Part shown: piece by piece, positions 12,088-23,689 of the stretch
Layout of the letters: each line of letters opens with the position of its first letter
Position numbering within the stretch: the stretch's first letter is position 1
Source: Takakia lepidozioides
Taxonomy: Eukaryota > Plantae > Bryophyta
Length of the DNA stretch: 64,000 nt
Reading direction: 5' to 3'
NCBI GenBank assembly: GCA_030704615.1
Contig: CM060731.1
Coordinates: 91,512,001 to 91,576,000 of the forward strand
Translations under genes and position numbers: made by a program
Notes under the pieces: generated by a model
What the model was told of the DNA's origin: nothing
What the model saw: the letters and a program-made list of their open reading frames with translations, nothing else
Database searches by the model: none

Positions 12088-12124
12088 TGCTCATGGCTCA
12101 TGCCGCTCATGGCTCATGAAATAG
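12088..12124 (+). repeat. (GCTCATG)n-AAATAG element terminus
   Basis: Same motif at 63298-63384; variant (GCTCACG)n-CCGTAG at 39905-39968. Confidence 0.75.
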
Positions 12125-13478
12125 CAGCCCCCAACTTTGGAAATTTGAGGCTGAGACCAACTTGTCCCACATGCTCTTCCAAGTGAAGGATGTCGGGAAG
12201 CAGGGGGTGCAAGAGTTTGCCAATTCGCTCAGTGCCGACCTACTGCGCAAGTCGGAGGCAAAGGCTGACATAACCTGGTGTAGACTGAGTATGGATGCCA
12301 TGGTGGACTACATATTTTGGGTACAACGCCCAACTGTTCCCCGGACGTAATCAGTCTTTTCTCCCCCAATAGAAGAAAAAGTGTGGACCAGGATTTCTAA
12401 ACTTATGTGCGCATTGTTGACAGACGAAAATTGAGCAGGATTTGGCACATGCGCGGAGGTTCTACATGGAGTCAGAGGAGAAGAAACTAACCCTCCCGAC
12501 ACTGGAATCGTATCTGAAAGCTGCGGAGGCGAAAGCTCGCGTCAAGTACAAGTCGCAGATGGTGAAGTACGTGGCCATTGCTGATCCCGCCCTTGGTGCC
12601 GACTTTCTGGTGGAGGTGGGGAAGCACTACTCCCGCGCTCTTAAGCCCACAATGACACTGGAGAAGCTGCATTGTCTAGCCACAGCTTGTGTGGATGCAA
12701 CAGAGAAGGTTACACATTCTTAAGCTGCCTTCTCTTGTGGCAACAATTCGTTTTCGTGGTGTCTTTCACTTACTAATATGCACGCTGGTTGGATAGACCC
12801 GGTGGCTCCAAATCTGGAATGGGTCCCAGAGTACAAGGGATATGTGGACGCCGAATTTCCAGTGTCGGTGCCAGCCACCCTCGAGACTTAGCCATTTTCG
12901 GGGCACGGAACTGGAAATTCGGCGCCATTTTCCCAGGCTGGGTCCGAAAGTGGCTAAGTCCCAGAAAGGGCTGCCTCGCCCTTAGGAAAAATGGCGCCGA
13001 ATTACCACTTTCGTTGCCCGGCACTTTGGGGAGCCGGGACCAGCGGGCCCACCACCCCGCATGAAAATTCGGCGCCATTTTTGCAGTTTCTTGACTAAAC
13101 ATTAACCTCATTCCCGAGACCTGATTCTCTGTGGGTTTCTTGAAGGCAGGTACTGCAAGTTCTCCCTGTTGGAGAAAGGGCATCTGTCCTTCGAGCCGCC
13201 ATTCTTCCTCGCATGGAGGAACCCTAGCGCTGATTCTATGTACACTGACGTTATCGTGAAGGAGTGGCATCTGGAGCATTTGTGCGACTGTTCGTGGTAT
13301 GTGGACCTTCCGCCCGGAGGGCTCGACGCCTCCGAGTTTCAATTGAAGCTAGATGCTGAGGCCCGCCGAAACCGGGCTCCGCTGCCTCCAAAGGAGGCGA
13401 AAGCGCTTGCCAAGTCCAGGAAAGCGGCAGAGCTTGCTCAGGCAGGTATTCAGGAGAAGTTGAATGAGAAGAAAAAAA
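12125..13478 (+). pseudogene. N-terminal exons of a divergent relative (copy C) of the MTase-like cargo gene
   Basis: EPPFF...C.WY.D...SRKAAELAQ at 13150-13478 aligns with EPPFS...CPWYLD...SRKAAEMAQ at 190-450. Confidence 0.55.
12850..13081. repeat. Variant palindromes GGAAATTCGGCGCCATTTTCC inside an intron of copy C
   Basis: About four copies in both orientations between the exons. Confidence 0.7.
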
Positions 13479-14030
13479 CACTACAACAGATCGCGGTATA
13501 TATGACTTTATATATGACTATCCCGTAGTCATAAACGGTACATATGACTGCAATGACTTCAAGTCATGCAAACCAAGTCAATACAATGAGTACAGTATGG
13601 TCGGTCATGGATGACTGCAGTCAGATGAACCAAGTGATACATCTCACTGTCATGTGGCAGTCATATGTACTTCTATCATACATGACTTAGTGTGCTGCTA
13701 CAAACTGTACACCTGTCTCTTTTTAATAAGTCCAGGAGGTTTTGTGGATGTGCGCCATATGGCGTCTCCAGAAACTGCCACGTGGCATATCCATGAGGAG
13801 GTCCTACAGTCATTATCTTGACTACAAACATGCTAATATCTAGACACGTGGCATATAATGAGGAGGTCTTGCAGTCATTGTCCTAACTACAAACATCCTA
13901 ATATGTGGACACGTGGCATCATATGAGGGGTTTGTTAAATGCATTTCACAGTCAGAACCACGACTATGCTTATAAGAGCTCGTTGCCAGGTGTTTTATGG
14001 TCGATATGACACGTGTCAATGCATGATTGA
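13479..14030 (+). mobile_element. CACTA (En/Spm) terminus with ATGACT-rich subterminal repeats
   Basis: Starts CACTACAACAGATCGCGGTATATATGACT. Confidence 0.75.
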
Positions 14031-14759
14031 AGGTTGTTTAGTGATGTTAAAGTGATATTGCTTACTACCTATAGTAGAACCCTAGTCATGCACACGTCTT
14101 TCTGTAATCTATACTTCTACTGCTATAGTGATTCTACCTACTGCAGCTTACTACATATACTAGAACAAATCAATGCTGCATTCACAGGCAAGAATCACAG
14201 AAATTTAAAACAAAGTGAGAAAGTGCAAAGGACATAACATAGGCACTTAAGATGTAAAAAGAGCTTGTCTTAAACAATTGCCAGTCAAATTTACAAAATA
14301 GCACAAGAGTCCCAAAATCTAGCTCCTCAAACAACAGTTTGACAAAGTGCAAATGACACTATATAGGCACTGAAGATAGAAGCAGAGTAACAAGATATTG
14401 TCTTAAACAACTATCACTCAGATTTACAAAATTGCAATACAGTCCCAAAATCAGGCTCCTCAAAACAGTCTAAGGGGGGCAGCATAACATACATGTTGCC
14501 CTCATGTTGCCTTCATAGTGGCTTTATTTAAAATTCACTCCTTCTCTGAACAACATATGAACCTATGGATTTCCCTCTCCATGCCCTGCCTTGCCCTGCA
14601 CTCTCTCTCCCTCTCTCTCTTGGCATGGATAACTGAAGGAGCAGGGGTAGACTAGTGTGGGTTCAGATTCGTCCGACAGAGCTGGATTTGAAGCACAAAG
14701 CTACGTAATATGTCGATTCGCTGCCCTGCCCCCTTTAATTAAACCGATGAGACATTTTA

Positions 14760-17700
14760 CCATAAAGATGAGAAAGCGTGGAAACTAGTGGGCAGGTGCA
14801 CGTTCACCTTATCCAAACTGGATTTAAGCCAAACATTTTTTTATGCAACGCCTACCTTGTCAACATGTATGTTAAGTGCGGGGGCATCGCTGAATACTCA
14901 CCAAATGCGGGAGCTCTCTGCTGGTGGCTGCTGGGGCGGCGGCAGCCTGCTTGCTCCGGCTCGTGAGCGACCTGCCAGCGACCCCCCCAAACAGTGAGCA
15001 CACCACTGGCTACCCTCTCCCTGTCCTTGCCTCTCCCTCTCCCTGCCGCGCCATCCCTCTCCCTTTCTCTTGGCAGGAATAGCTGAAGGAGCAGGGATGG
15101 AATGTGGGTTCAGATTCATGCAAGAGGGCTGCATTTCAAGCACAAAACTACCTATGATTCTTTGCCCTGCCCCCTATAAACCAAGAAAACAATTCAGCAG
15201 ATTCAGATACTTAGCTTTGTCTCTTGCATGAGTAGCTTGGAATCTGGTGGGCAAGTTAAGTGAAGGAGCATTGTTGCTGCAGCTTCCAGTTGACCATCTA
15301 CCCATGCAGGTTTCTTGTAGCTATCCTTCCATAGGGAATGATAGGTAATCTGGAGCTTGAAATCCGGCCCTCTTGGATGAATCTGGACCCACACTCTATG
15401 CCCGTTCCTTCAGCTATCCATGCCTCTGCACAAATCATGCATACATCTTGTCTTGTTGCTAGCAGCTAGCAATGACAGCCTAGAAATCTTCCAGCAAACA
15501 CCCCAACCATACTTATCACACGAGTTCCTATGCTGACTTGCGTCTGCTTCCAAGAGGTATTCACCTTTTTGCCTCGATTGTTCCACCATTGACTTGGGTC
15601 GGAAACGTGTTCATTTTAGAGCTTCTCCTCGTCTCTGTTATCTGTTTTTCGATACTTTCCTGTTGCCACATTGGCAGTAACATGTCAAAATCACTCCAAA
15701 ACCACCATAGATCCACCAACAAGCTACTTGCATAATTCAACATGAAAATTTAGGGATGACTCTAATAACAGGGAAAACAGGCTGAAATGTGTTGAAAAAG
15801 GTGCCTTTGTTAGCGGTGCCTGTTTCTATCAATTGTGTTGTTGCCGTTGCTGTTTCCGGTTGACCATGTACCCATGGAGGTTTTTTGTAGCTATTGATCC
15901 ACGGGGAATCAGAAGTAATCTTGTGTTTGAAATCCGGCCCTCTTGGATGAATCTGGACCCACACTTTATCCCCGATCCTTCAGCTATCCCTGCATGTGTA
16001 CAAATCAGGCATACATCCTTGCCTTGGTGCTAGCAGCTGACACTGACGGTGTGGAGTTCTTCCAGAAAACACCCTAACCCTACTTATCACACTAGTTCCA
16101 AATCTGAATGCACCTGCTTCTCTCTGTAATCCAACAGGCATTCACCTTTTTTGGAGCTGCCAGGCTTGCACACGCATTGCAAACACAAACAAATGTAATG
16201 TGGTTGGGCTTCACCCCTTCCTGCATCATTTGCTCATATGTCTCAAAAGCCTCCATCCCGCAACCCTGCTGTGCATGTCCTGTGACCATTGCGTGCCACA
16301 ACACCACATCACATTCACCCATAATGTCAAACACCCCCTTTTCATGTTCAATACTCCCACATTTGGCATACATATCCAGCAAGGCAGTGTTCCGAATGAC
16401 ATTTGGTGCAATTCCAGCTTTGACAATGTGACCATAGACCTCTTTGCCATTTTCCGGGGCTGCCAGGCTTGCACATGCATTGCGAACGCCAACAAAGGTG
16501 ATCTGGTTGGGCTTCACCCCTTCCTGCATCATTTGCTCATAGGTCTCCAAAGCCTCCATCCCACGACCCTGCTGTGCATATCCTACGATCATCGCGCTTC
16601 ACGACACCACATCACGTTCAGCCATTTTGTCAAACACTGCCTTTGCATCTTCAATGCACCCAAATTTGGCAACATGTCCACCAGGGCAGTGTTCAGAATG
16701 ACGTCTGGTACAATTCAAGCTTTGACGATGTCAGCAGGGACCTCTTTACCCTTTTCCAGGGCTGCCAGGCTCGCACACACATTGCAAACGCAAATGTCAA
16801 ATGTGATGCGGTCGGGCTTCACCCCTTCCAACATCATTTGCTCATAGGTCTCCAAAGCATTCCTACCACACCCATGCTTGGTAAATCCTGCCAACATTAA
16901 ATTCCACGTGATCAAAGATCGTTGAGAGATTCTGTTGAACACTTGGTGAGCATAGATGTACACCAGGGGAATGTTCAAAATGACATCTGGTACAATTCCA
17001 GCTTTGATAATGTCAACCATGAACCTCTTTGACCATTCCCAGGGCTGCTAGGCTCGCATATGCATATTATAAACACAAATGAACATGACCTGGTCTCGCT
17101 TCATCCCTTCCCACATCATTTGCTCTTAGGTTTCCAAAGCCTTAATCCCATACGCATGCTGCACATACCTTGCAATCATGGCACTCCAAAACACCACATC
17201 TCGTTCAGCCATATTGTCGATCTCTCCCTTCGCATCAGGCTTGCTGCACCCACATTTGGCATATTGCATGTCCACCAGGTCAATGTTCAGAATGACATCT
17301 GGTACAAATCCAGCTTTGATGATGTCACCATGGACCTCTTTCCCTCCAGAGCTCCCAAGCTTGCACATGCATTGCAAACACAAACAAACGTGATGTGGTT
17401 GGGCTTCACCCCTTCGCGCAGCAGTTGCTCATAGGTCTCCAAAGCATTCCTACCACACCCATGCTTGGCAACTCCTGCCAACATTATATTCCACGTGATC
17501 AAAGATTGTTGAGGCATTCTGTTGAACACTTGGTGAGCATCCATGATGCTCCCGCACTTGACATACATGGAGACAAGGGTGTTGAGTAGAAAAACATTTG
17601 GCGTGCATCCACTTTGGATAATGTGAGTGAGCACCTGCTTTCCAGCGTCCAGACCTTCCATCTTGATGCACTTAAGCAAGGGACAGACAAACGTACCTGA

Positions 17701-18575
17701 ATCTGCTGAAATGCCTCATTGGCTCCCTCTCTTGATCCTCTTTCAGAAGTTGTGGTCATGGTTGAGGTGCCTGGTTTTATGAACTATGCCGCTGCAGCTG
17801 CAGCCTTTAGTTGACCATCTACCCATGTAGGTTTCTTGTAGCTATTGATCCACAGGGAATCACATCTGGTACAACTCCAGCTTTGGCAATGCAACCATGC
17901 ACCTCTTTGCCCTTTTCCAGGGCTGCCAGGATTGCACACGCACTGCAAACGCACACAAACCTGATGTGGTCGTCCCCAATCATTTGCTCGTAGGTCTCCA
18001 AATCCTCCATCCCGTGCCTCTGCTGTGCATACCCTGCAAGCATCGCATTCCATGACACCACATCTCGTTCAACCAGAGTGTGGAAAACTCCCTTCACATC
18101 CTGAATGCACCCACATTTGGCAAACATGTCTACCAGGGCAGTGTTCAGGCCCTAAATTTTCATGTTGAATTATGCAAGTTACTGGTTGAGTGAACCTTTG
18201 ATAGTTTGCAATGCGTGTGCAAGCCTGGCAGCTCTAGAGAAGGGCAAAGAGGTCCATGACGACATTTGTCAGAGCTGCAATTGTACCACATGTCATTATG
18301 AATAATACCCTCGTGGACATGTATGAAGGGAGTGTTCGACAGTATGGCTGAACAAGATGTGGGTGTCGTGGAGTGCAATGATTGCAGGATATGCACAGCA
18401 AGGGCGTGGGATGGAGGCTTTTGAGAACTATGAGCAAATGATGTGCGAAGGGGTGAAGCCCAACCACATCACATTTGTTTGTGTTGCAATGAGTGTGCAA
18501 GCCTGGGAGCTCTGGGAAAGGGGAAAGAGGTCCATGGTGACATCGTCAAAGCTGGAATTGTACCAGATGTGCATA
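14760..18575. pseudogene. Cluster of degenerate PLS-class PPR repeat fragments (mostly minus strand; plus strand at about 18190-18575)
   Basis: Repeated TALVDMYAKCG, DVVSWNAM..GYAQQG.G.EAL and EGVKPNHITFVCV..ACA motifs with frameshifts. Confidence 0.88.
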
Positions 18576-18859
18576 AACAAGGGTGGCCCTCGGCAGTGAC
18601 CACTATAGCAGATCAAGGGAGCAAGCTCCAAAGATCAAAATTTCTTTGAACAAAAATCAATACAAATATATGCGTAACTAACCTACCAGCCTACCACAAC
18701 TAGACAATCTACTTTGAGGGCTTGTTGACCATTCAAATTTGATGTAGTTGTTGCCTTGTTTCAGGCTAAGTGAATGGTACAGTGCCCAATGTTATGAACC
18801 AGGGATCTGTAGCCATATGAGCTCATTCACATAAGCTCAAAATTAGCAAGGAGCAGTGC

Positions 18860-19430
18860 ATACCTTTTCACCTCTAGGAGGTGGCGGAACCCGTGCAGCC
18901 ATGCAGAATCTACCCCTTCCACCTCCTCCTCATCCTCTCCCTGCACCTGATCCTGGATTGTCATCTTCCTGGGCAGGTACCATCATGGCTTCCAAACTAG
19001 GGGTGTCTTTAGGCTCTGTAGCGGCAGCCCTCTTCTTCACTTTCCCCTTCAGCTCCCTCCAGAGACTTGCTGTGTGCCACCTTCTTTGCCCTGGCAGCTA
19101 GAGCGTCAAGGAAGCTCTCATTGACGCATTGGATGATTGTTGGGGGTTCTAACTTTGGCCTGTGGGGAAATGTCACCGCCGAATACCGCCGTGTAGGCTC
19201 GCCCTCAAATGCCAACTTCTTGGCAGAACCAGTCCCAGTCCGAACTGACTTGGGGACCCGGACAACCGGTGACTTGGTAGCAGCAGCAGCAGTTGCAGGA
19301 CCTTGCACAAAGTTGTCGTCGGAGTCACTCCTTTCGAGCCCCTCCTGCGCCTCCTCTCGTGCCCCGCTAGTTTTCTATTTTTTTGGCGTTACTGCAGTCC
19401 CCTGTTTCCGTGTCCTTTTCTTCAACCCTT
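18860..19430 (-). pseudogene. Continuation of copy C, inverted
   Basis: KGLKKRTRKQG...TGTGSAKKL aligns with KGSKKRTRQQG...TRTGSAKKT at 485-700. Confidence 0.5.
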
Positions 19431-19800
19431 CACTACAACAGATCGCAGTATATCTGACTGCCGAGGCGCGGTAGTCATGGTTTTCCTGACTTTGACCATG
19501 ACTTCCCTGTAGTTTTGGACCAAATGGGACTTCACGTAGTCGTTGACATGACTACGTGACTACGTAGTCCTCTGGGCGACTACTTTGGTAGACGTCGTCA
19601 TGATTGTATGGCTCCGCTCTAGAGGAAAGGGTGGTCAACGATGGTTGACTAGCGCGAGCTTGCCACCAAATAGTCGCCGGAATGACTTCTAGTGCAAGCT
19701 TGGTAACCAAAAGGTTTAAATTTTTTTAAAAGTTGCTTATAGGGTTGCCCATTAGAGGGTTGGGACTTGGCCTCTTTTTGGTTTTTTTTTTTCTCCTTCT
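19431..19800 (+). mobile_element. Second CACTA terminus
   Basis: CACTACAACAGATCGCAGTATATCTGACT, nearly identical to the one at 13479. Confidence 0.75.
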
Positions 19801-19829
19801 TAGTAGTATCAAGCCGAGAGATGAGTTTA

Positions 19830-21728
19830 GGTTTTAGTTGATTCTCTCCATGCTATTTGGAGGTGCCACCACGGAGCCAGCTGAATGCTTTATTGGAGCG
19901 GTTCCATTGTTCATTGTATGTAGGTCACCTTGGTATGAAGAAAATGTGGCTTACTATTGGCTGGGGATTCACCGGGATGTCACGGAGTTCATCTCTAAAT
20001 GTAAAGGTTGTTGTGCTAACATTGCTCTCCCTAGGGCCCGGATCTTGTAGCCTTTGTCTGTCACCCATGCTTTTGCTCGTGTTGGCATTGACTTGGTAGG
20101 ACCCCTCGCACTCACATCAAAGGGTCGAAGCTACTTTTGTGTTGTTACCGACTACTTAATTAAGTGGGTAGAGTCCGGCCTTTGCGTTCCAAGGCTAATG
20201 ACACTGTAGCTTAGTTCTTCTTTAATGACATCCTTATGTGGCATGGGTGTCCTCGGGAGATACTAACGGATCATGGAAAGGAGTTTTGTTACTAGCTCAT
20301 CACAGTGATATGCTTCAACTTTGGTGTCAAGCATTCCACCACTGCCCCATACCATCCCCAGACCAATGGCCTCACGGAATGCTTCAACCAAACTCTTTGC
20401 CGAATGTTGGAGAAGAATGGCGCACTTACTAGGGAGTGGTATACCTTTCTTCCCCCTATTCTCTTTGCTTATCGCACTGCCGTGCGTGCAAGATTCCTTT
20501 TGAGTTGTTGTATGGTCGCAAGTGTGTTTCTCCTTTGCATTCTACCCCTCTTATCTTTACTGTTGCTGATCCGGTTGATCTTGATACCTATGTTGAGGAT
20601 CTTCATGCTCGGCATGCGGTGTCTATCCATGATGCCAAGACGAACATTGGTAAGGCTCAGCTAACCCAGGCCCGCAATTTTAACAAACGTGTCAAGTACT
20701 CTAACCTGTTTCAGGTGGGATAGATTGTGTGCGTTCGGTTGCAGCATGGTAAGCATGCATGCAAATCTAAGCTCAAGATCGATGGTCCATACTTGATCTA
20801 TCAGATTTTACGTGGGCGACGTGCTCTCCTTCTTCTATAGGGGACCAATACTGAAGTGTGGGATGAACCGGTTTCTTTGACGGATCTGGTATATTCCGAG
20901 TTGGTCTTTGATCTCATGTGCATCAATGTGGAGGGACGTACGGTGGGGTAATGTCTTGATCTTCTTAGCTGATCTACTTCAGCTTGATCTTCTTGTCTTC
21001 AGCGGCTTAGACTTAGATTGCGGATTGTGACTTTCATGGCCTTATGGCTTGCCCATTCTAGGACTTAAAAACATTTGTAGTCTTATGATATATCACCACC
21101 TGTACTCCCTACATGGTTTTCCTAGCCAAGGGTTTTGTCCTCGGCCCAATTTGCAGGTGCAAGGTTTTCCCTTGGTAGGTTTTTCACATGGTGATTTTAT
21201 CAAAATATTTTACTTATTATTATTTTACTTCGCGAAGCTCAAGATTTTTCGTGGGGGGTAGGCTTCACAGATGTGATGGCCCGAACTCTCCTCATCACCA
21301 ACTTTATTCATCCAAAACGGCGATACTCATTCATAGTATAATTTTTTGGCCTAAGTACCGTTAAACCGTTACAATGATAGCATAGCCAGGATTAGTTAAT
21401 ACTAAGTGGCCGCATCCTGACCGTTCACTAGATCTAGGGCTGTGAAAAGGCGCCGCGGGCTCAGCCTGTCACGCCTCGCCATGCGACATGCAGCTAGGGT
21501 TTGTATAAAGCGGCGGCCTGACCTTGTGTCAGGCAGCTTGTGTACGCTGGTGTATGTATGTGTGTAAAGGTGTCATTTATCACGATACGTGTGAGATTTC
21601 TGTTAGTTCACTTGTGAAGATCCTCCTCTCGCGTGAATGCACGCTCCTCTTGCTTCGCCCCTGTCATTTCTAAAGAGCAACTTGTGAGGATAGGCAAATA
21701 TTCCTCCTGCTTCTTTTAAGGCTTCATA
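19830..21728 (+). mobile_element. Ty3/Gypsy LTR retrotransposon remnant: integrase, polypurine tract, 3' LTR (21272-21728)
   Basis: APYHPQTNGLTE.FNQTL, GIDLVGPL and PFELLYGR; GGGGGG polypurine tract near 21253. Confidence 0.85.
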
Positions 21729-22819
21729 GGGTGCCGGAATATATATTTTTTTTCCAAGAAGAGGTCCGGCACTCTTTTTGGAATTTCTGCAGTTTCGGCA
21801 CATATCACTATATATAATATAAAAATCTTTCATTTACACTGTGTGGGTAGCTCTATGGTATCACGCAAACTTCAGAAATAGCAGGCCTGGAGTCCGAATT
21901 CTCGGGAATTCTGACACAAGGAGAGAATTTTTTTTTTTCGACAACACACTTTTTTATTTAATTATCGTCGGACTGCGTAGGCATGTGTTGTTGTAAGAGA
22001 TTTTTTAATTAGATGATGGTTCAGGTTCCAAATTTCATTTTCTAAGGGGCCTACTTGCAGAGCCCACCAAAGGGAGGCGGAAGAAACCTTGTAAAATATA
22101 TACCCCTTACCTTCCTTATATAGTCTTTGGAGGCGGTGGTGGAGCCTTGTAGAAGGGGGCCACCGCCTCATCCCGCTCCTTCTGGAAAGCTCTAGAAGTA
22201 GAAGGAGGCCGTACAGGTGTCTTCTGCGCATGTCATGCCATGGAGTAGATCACCACCCCTTGGTACTGAGGGGTGTTGTCGGTAATCCTTCCCAGCCCAC
22301 TTTTCAAAACATTGTTCCCATACATGAATGACATCTCTGCCGATGGCTTGAGCCATATCTTATGCTTGGCATGAGCGGCAAGGAGGTCAAGGCAAGTCAC
22401 TAGTCTTGCGCACATGACTAAAAAACAGGGCGGATCCGCCGGAAAAGTGGGCTGATCCGCCCCTGACACGGCTTCCCCGCGCTGATAGCGATATTTGCCC
22501 AGCGCGATCGCTCAGCCACAAAGCTGATCCGCCGGATAAAAGTAGATGAAACATAATGACCTTTTAGATGAAAAAAAAAAAATACTTATCAAATTAAAAC
22601 AAATGTTACATGCATCTTTGCCGTGCACACATAGTACTCAACAGCACGGAAGTGCACAAAGTACATGAGAGGAAGCTTCCCTACCTTAAGCATGGAAAGG
22701 GAATCTATGCTAGGGTTACTTTTGGAAGGTCCTGAGAGCGATTGTTCAATACAATGCAGTCAGTTGCCGGTGATTGCGGGTGTGAGAAGACCACTTCAAG
22801 TTGAAAAGAGGAGTGTTGC

Positions 22820-23602
22820 ATGAGGTTGGACAAACGATACAACAATGTTGTTGCTAGATCTTTGGGAGGAGAAATACTGGGACCATGGGCGTGGACCTCT
22901 GCGAGCAAAAGACTGGACATTACGTTGCTGAAAGACTTTCCCAATGTGCCCCATCGTTCTTGGAAGCAATGTCGCGACAAGGTCGACAAGCTTAATGATG
23001 TGTATCGAGAAGAAAAGGGAAAATGTGATGCAACAGGTGCTCCTCCTTCCGAGTGGCCATGGTACGAAAAATTTGATGGCATTCTCGGAGGCACAACAAA
23101 GGTCAATGGGATCCCTGGAGGTATTGACCAGGGAGTGCGCAACAATCCTCCCCAGACCATTGATGATGATGATACACAGTTTGATACACAATCCAGTCCT
23201 CTTCGACAGGCTCCTGTTTTTTATGGAGGCACTGCTTCTGTCACAATACCAGAGGTGACGGCAGGCACCACACCCGGCGACCCTTCTGCTGCACCTGACA
23301 CTCCTAGGATGGCAGCTTGCAAATTGCTAGGTATGCAAGGACGTCCAAATTCAAAGAAGCGACGTTTGTCTGGGGGATCGACTGCCATTGCAAGTGCCAT
23401 CAAAGAGTTCGGGGAGGGGATCAAAGAGATGGAGACGCTAAAGATGGCGATGACCGAGAGAATCACCTTGCAGATTCTTCAAAGCGAGCAAACAAGTCGC
23501 GAGTTGGCAATGCAAACCCAACTTCAGATGGCCGCTTTGTTTGCAGATGTGTTAAAGCCAAACGATGGCTCCGGCGCATCGTCCGTGGGTGGTAGCACTT
23601 GA
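22820..23602 (+). pseudogene. Harbinger Myb/SANT-like (trihelix) protein, frameshift near 22920
   Basis: WTNDTTMLLLDLWEEKY...RGPLRAKDW in one frame, then RSWKQCRDKVDKL...WPWYEKFD in the annotated frame. Confidence 0.8.
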
Positions 23603-23689
23603 ATTCCTTGGTTCGTTGTGGTTCATGAGTGTGTCTAGTGACAACGACATCCCACATGAAGTTAGCATCAGAAAAAGGTAGATTGACCT

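Larger units (their letters stand above)
7640..12124. mobile_element. Palindrome-array Mutator-like element, copy B (internally rearranged; right terminus at 12124)
   Basis: Inverted MTase-like block, palindrome array, X1/X2 ORFs, and a terminus GCTCATGGCTCATGAAATAG that closely matches the one ending at 63384. Confidence 0.6.

Noticed and set aside
12088-12124. Helitron 3' end
   Set aside because: Ends in ATAG rather than CTRR, there is no clear terminal hairpin or Rep/helicase, and the related elements encode a DDE/SWIM protein.
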